This document shows, piece after piece, positions 1 to 10,164 of a stretch of 64,000 nt of DNA (the stretch's first letter is position 1; each line of letters opens with the position of its first letter). Position numbers and translations under genes: made by a program. Origin of the DNA: Candidatus Dormiibacterota bacterium. Lineage in GTDB: Bacteria > Chloroflexota > Dormibacteria > Aeolococcales > Aeolococcaceae. The stretch spans positions 84,701 to 148,700 of the forward strand of contig PMOL01000011.1 of the NCBI GenBank assembly GCA_003162415.1, in the 5' to 3' direction. The notes beneath the pieces were generated by a model. It made no database searches. It worked only from the letters and a program-made list of their open reading frames with translations, and was not told the origin of the DNA.

Positions 1-363
1 CGTTGGTCGAGCTTACTGGAGTACCGTGCCACTTTCCCAGTTGCAGCACGGTCTGGGCAGACAGACTGGAGGGTCGACGTGTACACCAACGCCCCCCGTA
101 CGCTGCCTCCGACAACCTTCCTCCTCTGGCCGAGTAATACGCGATGCCCTAAACTCAACCGGCAGCCGCAGCTGCGGCGCGAAAAGGAACCCCGCGAGTA
201 TTCATCACACCCCGTGTGACCCGTCTGTGAGCTAATGGCGTTGAGTATAAAGGTCCAGGCGAGTACGGCCGCCTCGAGCCAGACCCTCTGCACCAGGGAC
301 TACGGCCCAAAAGGGAAGTTTAGGATCGCCCTGAAAAATCAAGCGTCCAAGCGCCCCGTTACT

Positions 364-409
364 TTGACAAGCGGCACCACGCGAGTCATGGATTGCGGAA
401 GCGTTCTCA
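364..409 (+). promoter_or_regulatory. -35 box and candidate LacI-type operator
   Basis: TTGACA at 364-369; GGAAGCGTTCTCA at 397-409 fits GnAAnCGnTTnCA with one mismatch; -10 box is weak. Confidence 0.4.
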
Positions 410-587
410 ACCGCGTGACCATCAGTAACCAAGGCCGTCGGGTCCATCTTCTAGTCTTCCTCACCAACGTTCAAAGCACGCCCAGCCGCGGCCGTCTGCG
501 CCGCAGCGATGACGTGCCGACCTACCCTACGTTGCGCCAGTGTACAAGCCCTAACATGAAAGCGACGGTTCGGAGGCCCCCAGACGG

Positions 588-1673
588 ATGAAGAACACCG
601 ATGGCGGCAGGCACGACGGGAACGCGTCTCGTTCGGGCGCGCCCGCCGCGACGATCGTCGATGTCGCGCGCAGGGCCGGGGTGTCTGTCTCCACTGTGTC
701 ACGTGTCGTGCGAGACCATGCCGATGTCCGCCATTCCACCAGACTGCACGTCTTGCGCGTGATTGATGAACTCGCCTACCGACCGTCGTCAATAGCGAGA
801 GCGCTAGTTTCGGGTCGCTCATTTGCCCTTGGACTACTGGTGAGCGACCTTGCTAATCCGTTCTATCCTCAGCTCGCGACTGCCGTCGAGCGCGAGGCCC
901 GGCGTCTTGGCTACACCGTAGCTATCTGCATCACGGAGCATGATGCGCACGAAACTGAGAGGTACCTCCACAGATTGTTGGACCAAGGGATCCAAGGTGT
1001 GATTCATGCCTCGGTCGGTGATGACGAGGCGATGTGTCTCGCGCTGATGGACGACTCGAACCGAATCCTGTTCACCAATCGACGGCCGAAGTCGCCACAC
1101 GTAAACTACGTGGTGTCAGACAATGTTGCCGGCAGTGCTGCGCTTACCCGACACCTCTTAGCCAAGGGCCACCGCCGCATCGGGTTCGTCAACGGGTCGC
1201 CGGCCGCTTCCACATCGCAAGAGAGACTCGAGGGTTTCCTAAAGCAAGTCGCTCGGGTCAGAGGTGCCCAACCCGTTTTGGCCCCTGGCGACTTCACCTC
1301 TGAGAGCGGAACTAAGGCGGTCGCGAACTGGATTCGGGAGGGTGTCCTTCCTAGCGCGATTATTGGCGTTAACGACTTGGTCGCTCTCGGGGCCATTGAA
1401 GGACTCCTCGGCGCTGGCCTCCGCGTTCCAGAGGACGCGGCGGTTGCTGGATTCGACGACGTCGCCCTCGCATCTTCCGCGTTGGCGAGCTTGACGTCTG
1501 TGGCTCAGCATATTGACCAAATGGGGACTCGCGCGGTACAGCTGCTTCTACGCGCAACTGCCAAGCGCCCACCACGGCCGCTTCACGAGGTCCTCGCGCC
1601 GGAGCTCATCGTCCGCAGGAGTACGTCGGCGCTGCCATCAGGTCATCGTCATCCGTCCCTCGCACCTCGTTAG
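588..1673 (+). CDS. LacI-family transcriptional regulator
   Basis: N-terminal HTH TIVDVARRAGVSVSTVSRV; sugar-binding domain with NDLVALG, GFDD and LIVRRST motifs. Confidence 0.95.
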   Translation: MKNTDGGRHDGNASRSGAPAATIVDVARRAGVSVSTVSRVVRDHADVRHSTRLHVLRVIDELAYRPSSIARALVSGRSFALGLLVSDLANPFYPQLATAVEREARRLGYTVAICITEHDAHETERYLHRLLDQGIQGVIHASVGDDEAMCLALMDDSNRILFTNRRPKSPHVNYVVSDNVAGSAALTRHLLAKGHRRIGFVNGSPAASTSQERLEGFLKQVARVRGAQPVLAPGDFTSESGTKAVANWIREGVLPSAIIGVNDLVALGAIEGLLGAGLRVPEDAAVAGFDDVALASSALASLTSVAQHIDQMGTRAVQLLLRATAKRPPRPLHEVLAPELIVRRSTSALPSGHRHPSLAPR

Positions 1674-1867
1674 GAGCTCCGCTACAAGAGGTCCAAGGCA
1701 TGTGCGTATGCGGCGCGGCACCACAGAGCCGTGCTGCTCCGGCACCCTAGAGTTGTCTCGCACGCCGATCGCCCGAATATCGGCCGGGGCGGCGCGGTGG
1801 CGCAGCTACGGTCCACTGGCCTCGTGGTCGCAGCAGCCTGACTTAGCCGCACACCTGTTCCTTGCGC

Positions 1868-2704
1868 TCAGGCCGTAATAATGACGATGGCGAGAATCGC
1901 CATCGTCGCGCCTACGGCCTGAACTGCATTCAAGCGTTCGCCGGTGAATATCCGAGCGCACAACACCGTGAAGGCGGGATAGAACGACACAAGCAGTGCC
2001 GTAATGGAGAGCAGTCCACCACGCGAGGCATACAGATACATCACCGCTCCACCGCCGTCAAGTACACCGCCGAAGCCGATAAGTCGCCACGCGCTGCGAT
2101 CCGGAATCGGACGCGCGCCACTCATGAGAGTCGCAACTAAGCCAACAATAATTGCAGCGACACGACCACTGACGAAGGCGGTCACCCCCGCGGAACTCGC
2201 CGCGTGGAAGAGAACGAAGAAGCCGCCAAAGGCCAAGCCAGCGCAAACTGCAAGTGTCATGCCCGCGAGAGGCCGCGGCCCAAACTCGCGACCGAAGCCG
2301 CCAATCAGTACGATGGCGACGAGGCCCATGCTCACCCCACCCAGTTGCCAGGCACTGAGTCGATCACCTCCGATCAGTCCGATGATGGTCGGCAGACCGG
2401 CGCCGACAACGCCAGTTATGGGGGCGACGACGCCGATGAGATTGACGCTCATCGCGCGATAGAAAGCAATTATTCCAATACCACCCAGCGCCCCTCCCGC
2501 GAACGCGAGCAAGGCGGCGCTGGCGTCCCAACCGATAGGTAGCAACAGCACCGCGAGCGGAAGCATGATGAAGCCAGATAGTTGTAGGCCGACCATGACT
2601 GTTGGCACCGAGATCCGCCGACCCGCAAGGCCGCCGATGAAGTCGGCGACACCCAGCGCTGCTGCTGCGGTTAAGGCCGCCATCGGCCCGAGGGAAGGGC
2701 TCAT
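1868..2704 (-). CDS. EamA/DMT-family transporter
   Basis: About 10 hydrophobic segments; GVADFIGG start and GERL..Q..G end motifs; start chosen at ATG 2704. Confidence 0.9.
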   Translation of the reverse strand: MSPSLGPMAALTAAAALGVADFIGGLAGRRISVPTVMVGLQLSGFIMLPLAVLLLPIGWDASAALLAFAGGALGGIGIIAFYRAMSVNLIGVVAPITGVVGAGLPTIIGLIGGDRLSAWQLGGVSMGLVAIVLIGGFGREFGPRPLAGMTLAVCAGLAFGGFFVLFHAASSAGVTAFVSGRVAAIIVGLVATLMSGARPIPDRSAWRLIGFGGVLDGGGAVMYLYASRGGLLSITALLVSFYPAFTVLCARIFTGERLNAVQAVGATMAILAIVIITA

Positions 2705-3033
2705 CTTCCGACTGTCTCGCAATGTGTCACTTCACGCATAAGGAAACCGACGCTCCGCGCGGCCCGACGTACTATACGCATCCGCCAGACGAGCGCACTG
2801 CGCCAACCACCGCATCCCCTCGCGTCGTTGCTAGTACTTCCGACGCTACGTTCGAAAGAGCTCACGACCGCGGGTTGCGACCTCCAAGATGGTCTACCGA
2901 TACATAGGTAAGGCCCGGCTCTTGTTCGACACGGAGAATTCTGCTTCTACAATCCGTGGTGAGCGAGCCAAAGGGGCGGTCAAAGGCGACCGCTATCTGC
3001 TCACGCTGGCTCGCGCCTCAATCGGGTGGGCGA

Positions 3034-3822
3034 CTACCTCAGCCGAGTCGTGTAGGTCCTCAACCAACGAAGGCTCGTCGGAGTATCGACGAGAGGTCTG
3101 TACTCGAGGCCCACGTAGCCCTCGTACCCGGCCCGATCCAAGTCTTTCAGGAATTCGCCGATTGGTTGGGATCCCGTGCCCGGCTCGTGTCGGCCTGGTA
3201 CATCGGCGATTTGCACGTGCGCGACCAGAGGCATATGGGCGTGAAGACATGCGATCGGATCCTCGTTCGCCATCACGGCGTGGTACTGGTCAAGTTGCAG
3301 GCGAACACTTGGGTGGTGCACCGATTCGACCAGGTGCGCAGCAGTGGCAACATTGCTCGCCCAGTACCCGGGCATATCGATGTTGTTTATGGCCTCGACA
3401 AGCAGGGTTATTCCGGCCTCTTGAGCCAAGGGAGCGACTCGCAGCAGATTTGCGATTACCATCGCCTCAGCGTCTTCGTCGGTGACACCGGCAGGAGGCA
3501 CACCCACCAACGTATTGAGCTTGGTGGTCCCAATCCGTAGGGCCAACTGGATGGCATCGCGCATCGCACGAATGAACTCAACCTCTCGCCCCGGAAGCGA
3601 CAACAAACCGCGCTCTCCTCCTGCCCAGTTGCCCGCCGCAGGGTTGAACAGGACCATCGTCAATCCAAGCCGATGCAGAATGAACTCAAGGCGATCTGGG
3701 TTCAGTTCGTGCGGAAAGAGCATCTCAATGTGCGTGAACCCAGCCTCGGCTGCGGCCTCAAAACGCTGATACGGGTCCAACTCCTGCCACAACATGCTCA
3801 GGTTGGCTGCGAAGTTTGGCAT
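3034..3822 (-). CDS. hyi: Hydroxypyruvate isomerase family protein
   Basis: FAANLSML, EAIN, DQYH, HVQIADVPGRHEPGTG and VGLEY motifs. Confidence 0.92.
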   Translation of the reverse strand: MPNFAANLSMLWQELDPYQRFEAAAEAGFTHIEMLFPHELNPDRLEFILHRLGLTMVLFNPAAGNWAGGERGLLSLPGREVEFIRAMRDAIQLALRIGTTKLNTLVGVPPAGVTDEDAEAMVIANLLRVAPLAQEAGITLLVEAINNIDMPGYWASNVATAAHLVESVHHPSVRLQLDQYHAVMANEDPIACLHAHMPLVAHVQIADVPGRHEPGTGSQPIGEFLKDLDRAGYEGYVGLEYRPLVDTPTSLRWLRTYTTRLR

Positions 3823-4037
3823 GTGCGCTCTCCGGTGTTGTAGCGGTGAGTCCGCGGATCAACTTGCAGAGTATGGCTATTGGTGCGTGCCACGGACTGC
3901 CTTCTGCGGATGGTCGCCGCGCCCGCATTCCGTGCGATGGGCCAACCGGAGCGAGGGTGCCCGCCCGCGTACCCATTCTCGCTCCCGGTACCAGTTGCGA
4001 CTATTCAGCCAAGTTCAGGAGGGGCGTCGTCGAGGGC

Positions 4038-4087
4038 TGGAGCCCAAGGTGAGGATTGAACTCACGGCCCACGCCTTACCAAGGTGC
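4038..4087 (-). mobile_element. 3' fragment of a tRNA-Thr(GGT) gene (att-site-like remnant)
   Basis: Minus strand reads CC-TTGGTAA-GGCGT GGGCC GTGAG-TTCAATC-CTCAC CTTGGGC T CCA: anticodon loop, T-arm, 3' acceptor strand and CCA; no D-arm or 5' acceptor strand. Confidence 0.8.
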
Positions 4088-4893
4088 ACTCCCCGACGAC
4101 GCCCCGTCCTGAACTCGCTGGAGGAATCCTTGGCCCGATATGGACAATGCCTTCGGGTACAGAGACGCCGATGGAGCACCGTGGATACGTCGAGACAGCA
4201 CTGTACGAGACGCGGACACCGACGTCAACTCCGCGGGATCCCGTGTAGCCATCGCGCACACGATGGACGCGCCCGATGACTGCACGCTCTGCGGTGGTGA
4301 ACCACGCCGGGCACGCCGACTCGATGACTCCCGACGCGCGCGGGAGTGCGGCAGCGACGCACGTTCGTATGCCAGTTCCAGCCGACACGACGTTGGGCGG
4401 ATCCAGGCGCCCTGTATGCCCGGGAGCAGGTGGCGATCGCCCCGTGCTCGGAACCCAGATCTGCGCAGCCTCGAGGCCTGCACAGCGCCGCCAGAGCGAT
4501 TGATCATCGAGCTCCACCTCGCCAGCGGTTCGGCGCCAGCGATACGGCCGTGCTGACCCTCCGCTGCAAGGCTCGTCCACCCGATTGGCCGTGAGGGCAG
4601 CAGGCCCGACCCGGACTGCACCCCAGCACTGCCGTCCGGGCTACGTGGCCTTGGTCACGGCGTCGAGCCGCCTGCTGTGCCCGGCTCCTCGACGAGCGCC
4701 CGACGCGTGCGGCCCGGCAGCGGCGGAGCCCGCGCCACGAGGTCGAGCGTCTCAGTTCTCACCGACGAGATCCGGAGCAGCTAATGCGAACCTAATCGTT
4801 GGTCCCTGCGGGCGATGGCGATGGCGACGGTGACGGACCTAGTTCAGACATGCGAGCTCTTGTGGGCTGACTGCGCGCCTCCCAAAACCACGC

Positions 4894-4934
4894 TTGACGA
4901 CCCCCTGGGTGCTGGTATACCGTCGACCGTCTAC
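4894..4934 (+). promoter_or_regulatory. Promoter and triple-heptamer GntR-type operator
   Basis: TTGACG (4894) N16 TATACC (4916); GTATACc-GTCGACc-GTCTAC directly before ATG 4935. Confidence 0.55.
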
Positions 4935-5744
4935 ATGCCAAGGCTAACCCGTCTGGAACCCAGTCATCTCGTCGATCGCGCCTACCATGAGGTACGTACC
5001 GCGATCCTGAATCGTGATCTCCTCCCGGGCTCGCGCCTTGTAGAGGCCCAACTCGCAGAGGAGCTCGGAGTGAGCCGGCTCCCGGTACGGGAAGCCTTAA
5101 TTCAACTCGAGTCCGAGGGTCTGGCCGTTCGCATTCCCGGACGCGGCAAGGTCGTCGCGTCGCTCAGCGCGGCTGACGTAAGCGAGGTCTACACCCTTCG
5201 AGCCGCGGTCGAGACTCTGGCTTTCCGGCTCGCGAAAGACCACGTCACGTCAACTGACCAGCACTCTCTCGAACGACTCATCGACAAGATGGAAGAGGCG
5301 GCAACCGAAGGTGACGTTCGTGAGCTCGCAGCTCTCGACGTGCGGTTCCACGAACAGATCGTGCGGCTCTCACATCACCGACGAGCACTGGCCGTCTGGA
5401 GAAGCATGACTGTGCAGATGCAGTTGCTGTCTCTCCGCGTAATCGACACCCTGTACCGAGACCTTGCCGTAGTGCCCGATCATCATCGCGCCTTGCTGGA
5501 TGCCCTTGTGCGTGGTGAAGAGCCGACCGGGCTGGACGACCACATCATGTCCGTGGCCCACCACATCCTTTCGCAGCTGTCGGCGGACCACCACACGGAC
5601 GGCACGCCAGCCAACGCGCACAAACCGGTGCACACAAACGTAGGCGCTGGTGCACTAGCCGAAAGCGATATCCCGGCCCCGATCATGTCGCTCAAGAGTA
5701 CGAGATCGCGGAAACGTTCAAGAGGTGCAGGAAATGGCGGCTAA
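4935..5744 (+). CDS. GntR-family (FCD) transcriptional regulator
   Basis: PGSRLVEAQLAEELGVSRLPVREAL wHTH; FCD domain with D.RFH and HH..LLDAL; start moved to ATG 4935 on promoter evidence. Confidence 0.93.
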   Translation: MPRLTRLEPSHLVDRAYHEVRTAILNRDLLPGSRLVEAQLAEELGVSRLPVREALIQLESEGLAVRIPGRGKVVASLSAADVSEVYTLRAAVETLAFRLAKDHVTSTDQHSLERLIDKMEEAATEGDVRELAALDVRFHEQIVRLSHHRRALAVWRSMTVQMQLLSLRVIDTLYRDLAVVPDHHRALLDALVRGEEPTGLDDHIMSVAHHILSQLSADHHTDGTPANAHKPVHTNVGAGALAESDIPAPIMSLKSTRSRKRSRGAGNGG

Positions 5745-7299
5745 TCGATTTCAAATGGACCGTCGGAGCTTCCTCAAAGGAGCAGGCGCGGCGGGCGTGG
5801 TTATCGGTAGCGGAGGGCTCAGCGCATTCCTAGAGGCATGCGGGAGCACCAGCACCAGTCCGATTGTCGGTTCCAAGCCCGTCCGTGGTGGAACGCTGAC
5901 CCTTGCGGCAGTCGACAGTCCGATTAACCTTGATCCACAAGACACGGCGAACTACGCATCGGCACAAGTCTACAACAACATTTTCTCACGGCTGGTGGAC
6001 CTCGACGTCAACTTCAATCCGTTGCCAGCGCTTGCGCACTCCTGGACTCAAGATGATGATGTTACCTGGACATTCAATCTGGTGGATAACGCAGTCTTTC
6101 ACAACGGCCAGCCTTTCACCGCTAACGATGTTCAGTACACTTTCCAGCGAGTCACTCAGCATGCCGACGCGGTATATCTGTCGGCCTTCAAGTCGGTAGA
6201 GATACTGAGCAAATACCAAATTCGGCTGCACCTCACCGGCCCTCTCGGGCCTCTGTTTCCGACGCTGGCGTACGCGAGTGACATTGTCAACGAGAACGCG
6301 GTGACGACCATGGACCCAAAGCTTCACCCAGTTGGGACTGGTCCGTTCAAATTCGTTGAGTGGGTTCAGAACGATCATGTCACCCTTCAACGTTGGGACA
6401 AGTACTTCAAGAGCGGACTGCCATATTTGGACGAGGTCATTTTCAAGTCAATCGCCGACGACTCTGTGCGCCTCACGGCACTCCAAACTGGTGCCGTAGA
6501 TTGGATCCAGCAAGTTCCGACCCAACAGGCGGCCGCCCTTCAGAGCAGTACTCAGCTCAAGCACTCTCCGAAATACGCATTCTTGCCCGACATGATCGCG
6601 CTAAATTGCAAGATCCCGCCATTCAATGACGAGCGAGTTCGGCAGGCCGTGGCATGGGCGATTGATCGCAAGGAGATTGCCAGCCTCGTCTTCTATACAG
6701 AGGGTGTCGCTGCCACCGAGGCAGTCTCTCCACCGAACCCGTTCTACTCTGGTGCAAACCCCTACGCCGGGGCTCCCGATCCGGCGAAAGCTAAGTCTTT
6801 GCTGGCGGCTGCAGGGTACCCGAATGGACTGACGATCACGTACGACGGACAGTCAAACGTCCCGACTCAAGTCAAGATCGGAGAGATTCTTCAGTCGCAA
6901 TTGGCTAAGGCGGGCATCACGCTGCAGATCACCAACTACTCCTCGGCAGACTGGATCTCCCGTCTGCTCGGGCTTAAGTACCAAATGAACGAAACGTACT
7001 TTGCGCTCGACATCGATCCAGCGTGGATTTACTACCCGCTGTGTTTGTCAACCTCGAAGCAGAACTTTACGGGCTTCGGCTCGCCGCAGACCGATGCCCT
7101 GCTCCAACAGGTCATGTTTAACTCCAGCGAGACGGCGCGGAAGGCTGCCTACGACGAGGTCGTCAACGCAATCGCCACAGCGGCGCCCCTCATATTCATC
7201 GATACCGAGGACTTGCAATACTGGATGAACCCCAATGTTTCCGGACCCTTCCCGATCCCCACACTCGATCTGAGGTGCGAGGATGTCTGGAAGAAGTAG
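5734..7299 (+). CDS. Dpp/Opp-type ABC substrate-binding lipoprotein with Tat signal
   Basis: DRRSFLK twin-arginine motif and LEAC lipobox; FHNG, PVGTGPF and VRQAVAWAIDR motifs. Confidence 0.93.
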   Translation: MAANRFQMDRRSFLKGAGAAGVVIGSGGLSAFLEACGSTSTSPIVGSKPVRGGTLTLAAVDSPINLDPQDTANYASAQVYNNIFSRLVDLDVNFNPLPALAHSWTQDDDVTWTFNLVDNAVFHNGQPFTANDVQYTFQRVTQHADAVYLSAFKSVEILSKYQIRLHLTGPLGPLFPTLAYASDIVNENAVTTMDPKLHPVGTGPFKFVEWVQNDHVTLQRWDKYFKSGLPYLDEVIFKSIADDSVRLTALQTGAVDWIQQVPTQQAAALQSSTQLKHSPKYAFLPDMIALNCKIPPFNDERVRQAVAWAIDRKEIASLVFYTEGVAATEAVSPPNPFYSGANPYAGAPDPAKAKSLLAAAGYPNGLTITYDGQSNVPTQVKIGEILQSQLAKAGITLQITNYSSADWISRLLGLKYQMNETYFALDIDPAWIYYPLCLSTSKQNFTGFGSPQTDALLQQVMFNSSETARKAAYDEVVNAIATAAPLIFIDTEDLQYWMNPNVSGPFPIPTLDLRCEDVWKK

Positions 7300-7385
7300 G
7301 GCCCCGATTTGACAGGGCCAAAGTAACCCTAGGATTGCCGATGGACTTGTGTGGGTCGCCTGCGTGAGTAGGTAAGTACGCTTCC

Positions 7386-8339
7386 ATGATTCGAGTGCTC
7401 CTGCATCGGGTCGTTCTGATCGTCCCCATACTGTTCGGAGCGTCGATCATCGTGTTTGCCATCATTCGGCTCGTGCCGGGCGATCCCGCCGTGATCATGC
7501 TTGGTCTGAATGCCACGCCCAAGCTAATACTGCAAATACATCAACAGTTGGGACTCGACCAGCCCGTCTACGTCCAGTACATACACTGGATAGGAGGCAT
7601 CGTCCATGGCGACTGGGGTCATGACTACCTGAGTGGACAACCGATCTCGGGGTTGCTAACGACTACTCTCCCAGTGACTGGAGAACTCGTAGTCCTGTCG
7701 CTAGCCTTGGCCATAGCTCTGGGTGTGACAGTTGGCTCAGTGGCGGCGCTGTACCGTGGGCGGCTTCCCGATTGGGTCTCGCAAATTATCAGCATGATCG
7801 GCATCTCCATACCCGACTTCTGGCTGGGGATCATGCTCACTCTTCTGTTTGCACTTGTGCTTGGAGTCTTACCCTCCTCCGGCTTCACTCCGCTCACCGT
7901 TAGTATCCCGGACAACCTGATCCACATGATTCTGCCGGTCGTGGCTTTGGCCTCAGGTCTGACGGCTGTTCTCATCCGAATCACGCGAGCGGCGATGCTG
8001 GAAGTGCTTGGTCAGGAGTACATCAGGTTCGCAAGAGCGAGCGGCGTTCCCGAGTGGCGCGTGGTTCTTCACCACGGCATTCGCAATGCGGCCGCGCCCA
8101 TCTTGACCGTTATCGGCCTACAGGCCGGCTACCTATTCGGCGCGACGATTGTGATCGAGACAGTGTTCTCGCTTCCGGGCCTCGGACAGCTGATCTTGAA
8201 TTCAACTCTCACGCACGACTACCCAGTCATTCAAGCCTCTGTACTCGTTCTCACGTTACTGTTCGTTGCAACCAACCTCCTCACTGACGCAGCGGTTCTC
8301 GCGATAGACCCGCGCCTGCGGCAGGCGCGCACAGCCTGA
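7386..8339 (+). CDS. Dpp/Opp ABC permease (DppB-like)
   Basis: PGDPA, LGLDQP, EAA-loop ARASG and DPRLR end. Confidence 0.93.
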   Translation: MIRVLLHRVVLIVPILFGASIIVFAIIRLVPGDPAVIMLGLNATPKLILQIHQQLGLDQPVYVQYIHWIGGIVHGDWGHDYLSGQPISGLLTTTLPVTGELVVLSLALAIALGVTVGSVAALYRGRLPDWVSQIISMIGISIPDFWLGIMLTLLFALVLGVLPSSGFTPLTVSIPDNLIHMILPVVALASGLTAVLIRITRAAMLEVLGQEYIRFARASGVPEWRVVLHHGIRNAAAPILTVIGLQAGYLFGATIVIETVFSLPGLGQLILNSTLTHDYPVIQASVLVLTLLFVATNLLTDAAVLAIDPRLRQARTA

Positions 8340-9211
8340 TGGTCACGACCCTTGTTACGCCGAGCAGAGCGCGGACAATCGTACGATTGCTTAGGGTCAC
8401 TGACAAGCGATTCCTCATCGGCAGCGCGATCGTTCTTGTCATGGCAATCGCCTCGTTTGTCATACCCGCCATCTCCCCATACGGGCCCAACGAGATAATC
8501 CCGCAAGATGCCCTGAGCGGACCGACGTTCCAACACCTGCTCGGTAGTGATGATCTAGGACGAGACGTGCTCGTGCGAGTGATGGCAGGCAGCCGCATCT
8601 CGCTCGGCGTCGCGATCGGATCCGGATTTATTGCAGTGCTCTTGGGTGTGCCGCTAGGATTGATAGCTGGATTCTCCAGTGGCGTTGTCGACAACCTAAT
8701 CATGCGTCCGCTCGATGTACTCATGGCCTTTCCTGCAATCCTCTTGGCAGTAGTGATCGTGGCGTTCGCTGGAACCGGTACGACCGTACTCATCATCGCT
8801 ATAGGAGTCGTCTACACACCGGTGATCGCTCGGGTGATGCGAGCTACCACGATGGCGTCGCGGACGCAGACGTATGTTGACGTAGCGCGAGCCCGGGGCG
8901 CATCCACCCTAAGAATCCTAGTTCGACATGTACTACCGAATAGCATCGGGCCGGTGGTTGTTCAGGCCTCCCTACTTATGGGGTTCGCGATCCTCCTCGA
9001 GGCGGCTTTTAGTTTCATTGGGTTGGGGGTGAGGCCCCCCAACCCATCTCTCGGCTCCATGCTTGCTTCTGAGCGAGACTTCCTGGCCGAAGCTCCTTGG
9101 GTCGTCATTGCCCCTGGCGTGGCTGTCATGGTCCTCGTGCTCGGCTTCAACTTTATCGGCGATGGCTTGCGAGACGCTCTGGACCCCCTCGGGCGGGCTC
9201 GAACTCGATGA
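8339..9211 (+). CDS. Dpp/Opp ABC permease (DppC-like)
   Basis: HLLGSDDLGRDV, RHVLPN and GDGLRDALDP motifs. Confidence 0.93.
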   Translation: MVTTLVTPSRARTIVRLLRVTDKRFLIGSAIVLVMAIASFVIPAISPYGPNEIIPQDALSGPTFQHLLGSDDLGRDVLVRVMAGSRISLGVAIGSGFIAVLLGVPLGLIAGFSSGVVDNLIMRPLDVLMAFPAILLAVVIVAFAGTGTTVLIIAIGVVYTPVIARVMRATTMASRTQTYVDVARARGASTLRILVRHVLPNSIGPVVVQASLLMGFAILLEAAFSFIGLGVRPPNPSLGSMLASERDFLAEAPWVVIAPGVAVMVLVLGFNFIGDGLRDALDPLGRARTR

Positions 9212-10164
9212 CTCCCCTACTTGAAATTCGTTCGCTGTCTGTGGACTACGGCTACGGAGCTGTGATTCGCGACCTGTCGATCACCGTTTCGGCTGGCGAG
9301 ATTGTTGGGCTCGTCGGTGAATCGGGTTGCGGCAAGACAACCCTGGGGTGGTCCGTGCTCGGTCTACTACCTCGGAGCGCGCGAGTCGACGGGAGCATCC
9401 TTTTTGACGGGACGGAGTTGATTGGGTTGCAAGCGCGCAAACGGCGGAAGCTTCTCGGAGTACGTCTCTCCCTAATCCCCCAAGCTGCCATGGCATCGCT
9501 CGACCCGATGTTCACGGTTGGCCATCAGATACGCGAAATCATCTTGACGCATCAACGCGGCGGACGAGCCGGTGCCGACGCAAGGACGGTCGGGCGGCTA
9601 CGGGAGGTGGGGGTAGCTGCACCCGAGGCTCGACTCCGCGCCTTTCCGCATGAGCTCAGCGGCGGCACTCGCCAGCGCGTTGCCACCGCCGCGGCCATGA
9701 TCCTCAACCCCTCCATGCTCATAGCTGATGAACCGACCTCGAGCCTCGATGTAACCATTCAAGCCCAGGTGCTCGGAGTCCTTCGCTCGGTCATACTTGA
9801 GCACGGAACCGCAGTTATGTTCATCACCCATGACCTCGGCGTCGTTGCGCAGATCTCTGATCGCATCGCCGTCATGTACGCGGGCGAAATCGTCGAGGAA
9901 GCAAGCGCCCAGGAGCTGTTCGAGGATCCGAAGCATCCATACACTAAGAAACTTTTGGCGGCACACCCCGGATTCAGCAACAAAGGACAACGACTCGCTA
10001 CTATCCCGGGTTCGGTCCCAGACCCCGCTCAGCGACCCGGCGGGTGTAGTTTTGAACCGCGCTGTCCTGTGGCGATCCCCCTGTGCCAAGAGGACAGGCC
10101 TCCATGGGTGGCTGTCGAATCCGATAGGCACGTTCGCTGTGTCCACTGTGCACCGAACCACTAG
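9208..10164 (+). CDS. Dpp/Opp ABC ATPase (DppD-like)
   Basis: GESGCGKT, LSGG, DEPT, HPYT and C-terminal C.F.PRC..C..C; ATG 9208 overlaps the previous stop. Confidence 0.93.
   Translation: MTPLLEIRSLSVDYGYGAVIRDLSITVSAGEIVGLVGESGCGKTTLGWSVLGLLPRSARVDGSILFDGTELIGLQARKRRKLLGVRLSLIPQAAMASLDPMFTVGHQIREIILTHQRGGRAGADARTVGRLREVGVAAPEARLRAFPHELSGGTRQRVATAAAMILNPSMLIADEPTSSLDVTIQAQVLGVLRSVILEHGTAVMFITHDLGVVAQISDRIAVMYAGEIVEEASAQELFEDPKHPYTKKLLAAHPGFSNKGQRLATIPGSVPDPAQRPGGCSFEPRCPVAIPLCQEDRPPWVAVESDRHVRCVHCAPNH

Noticed and set aside
1..115. Possible minus-strand gene start (GAGGAGG then TTG at 115) running off the left edge
   Set aside because: Only 38 codons are visible and no motif is recognisable, so it cannot be called.
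4090..4890. Short overlapping ORFs after the tRNA-Thr fragment
   Set aside because: No recognisable motifs or RBS; probably decayed mobile DNA.
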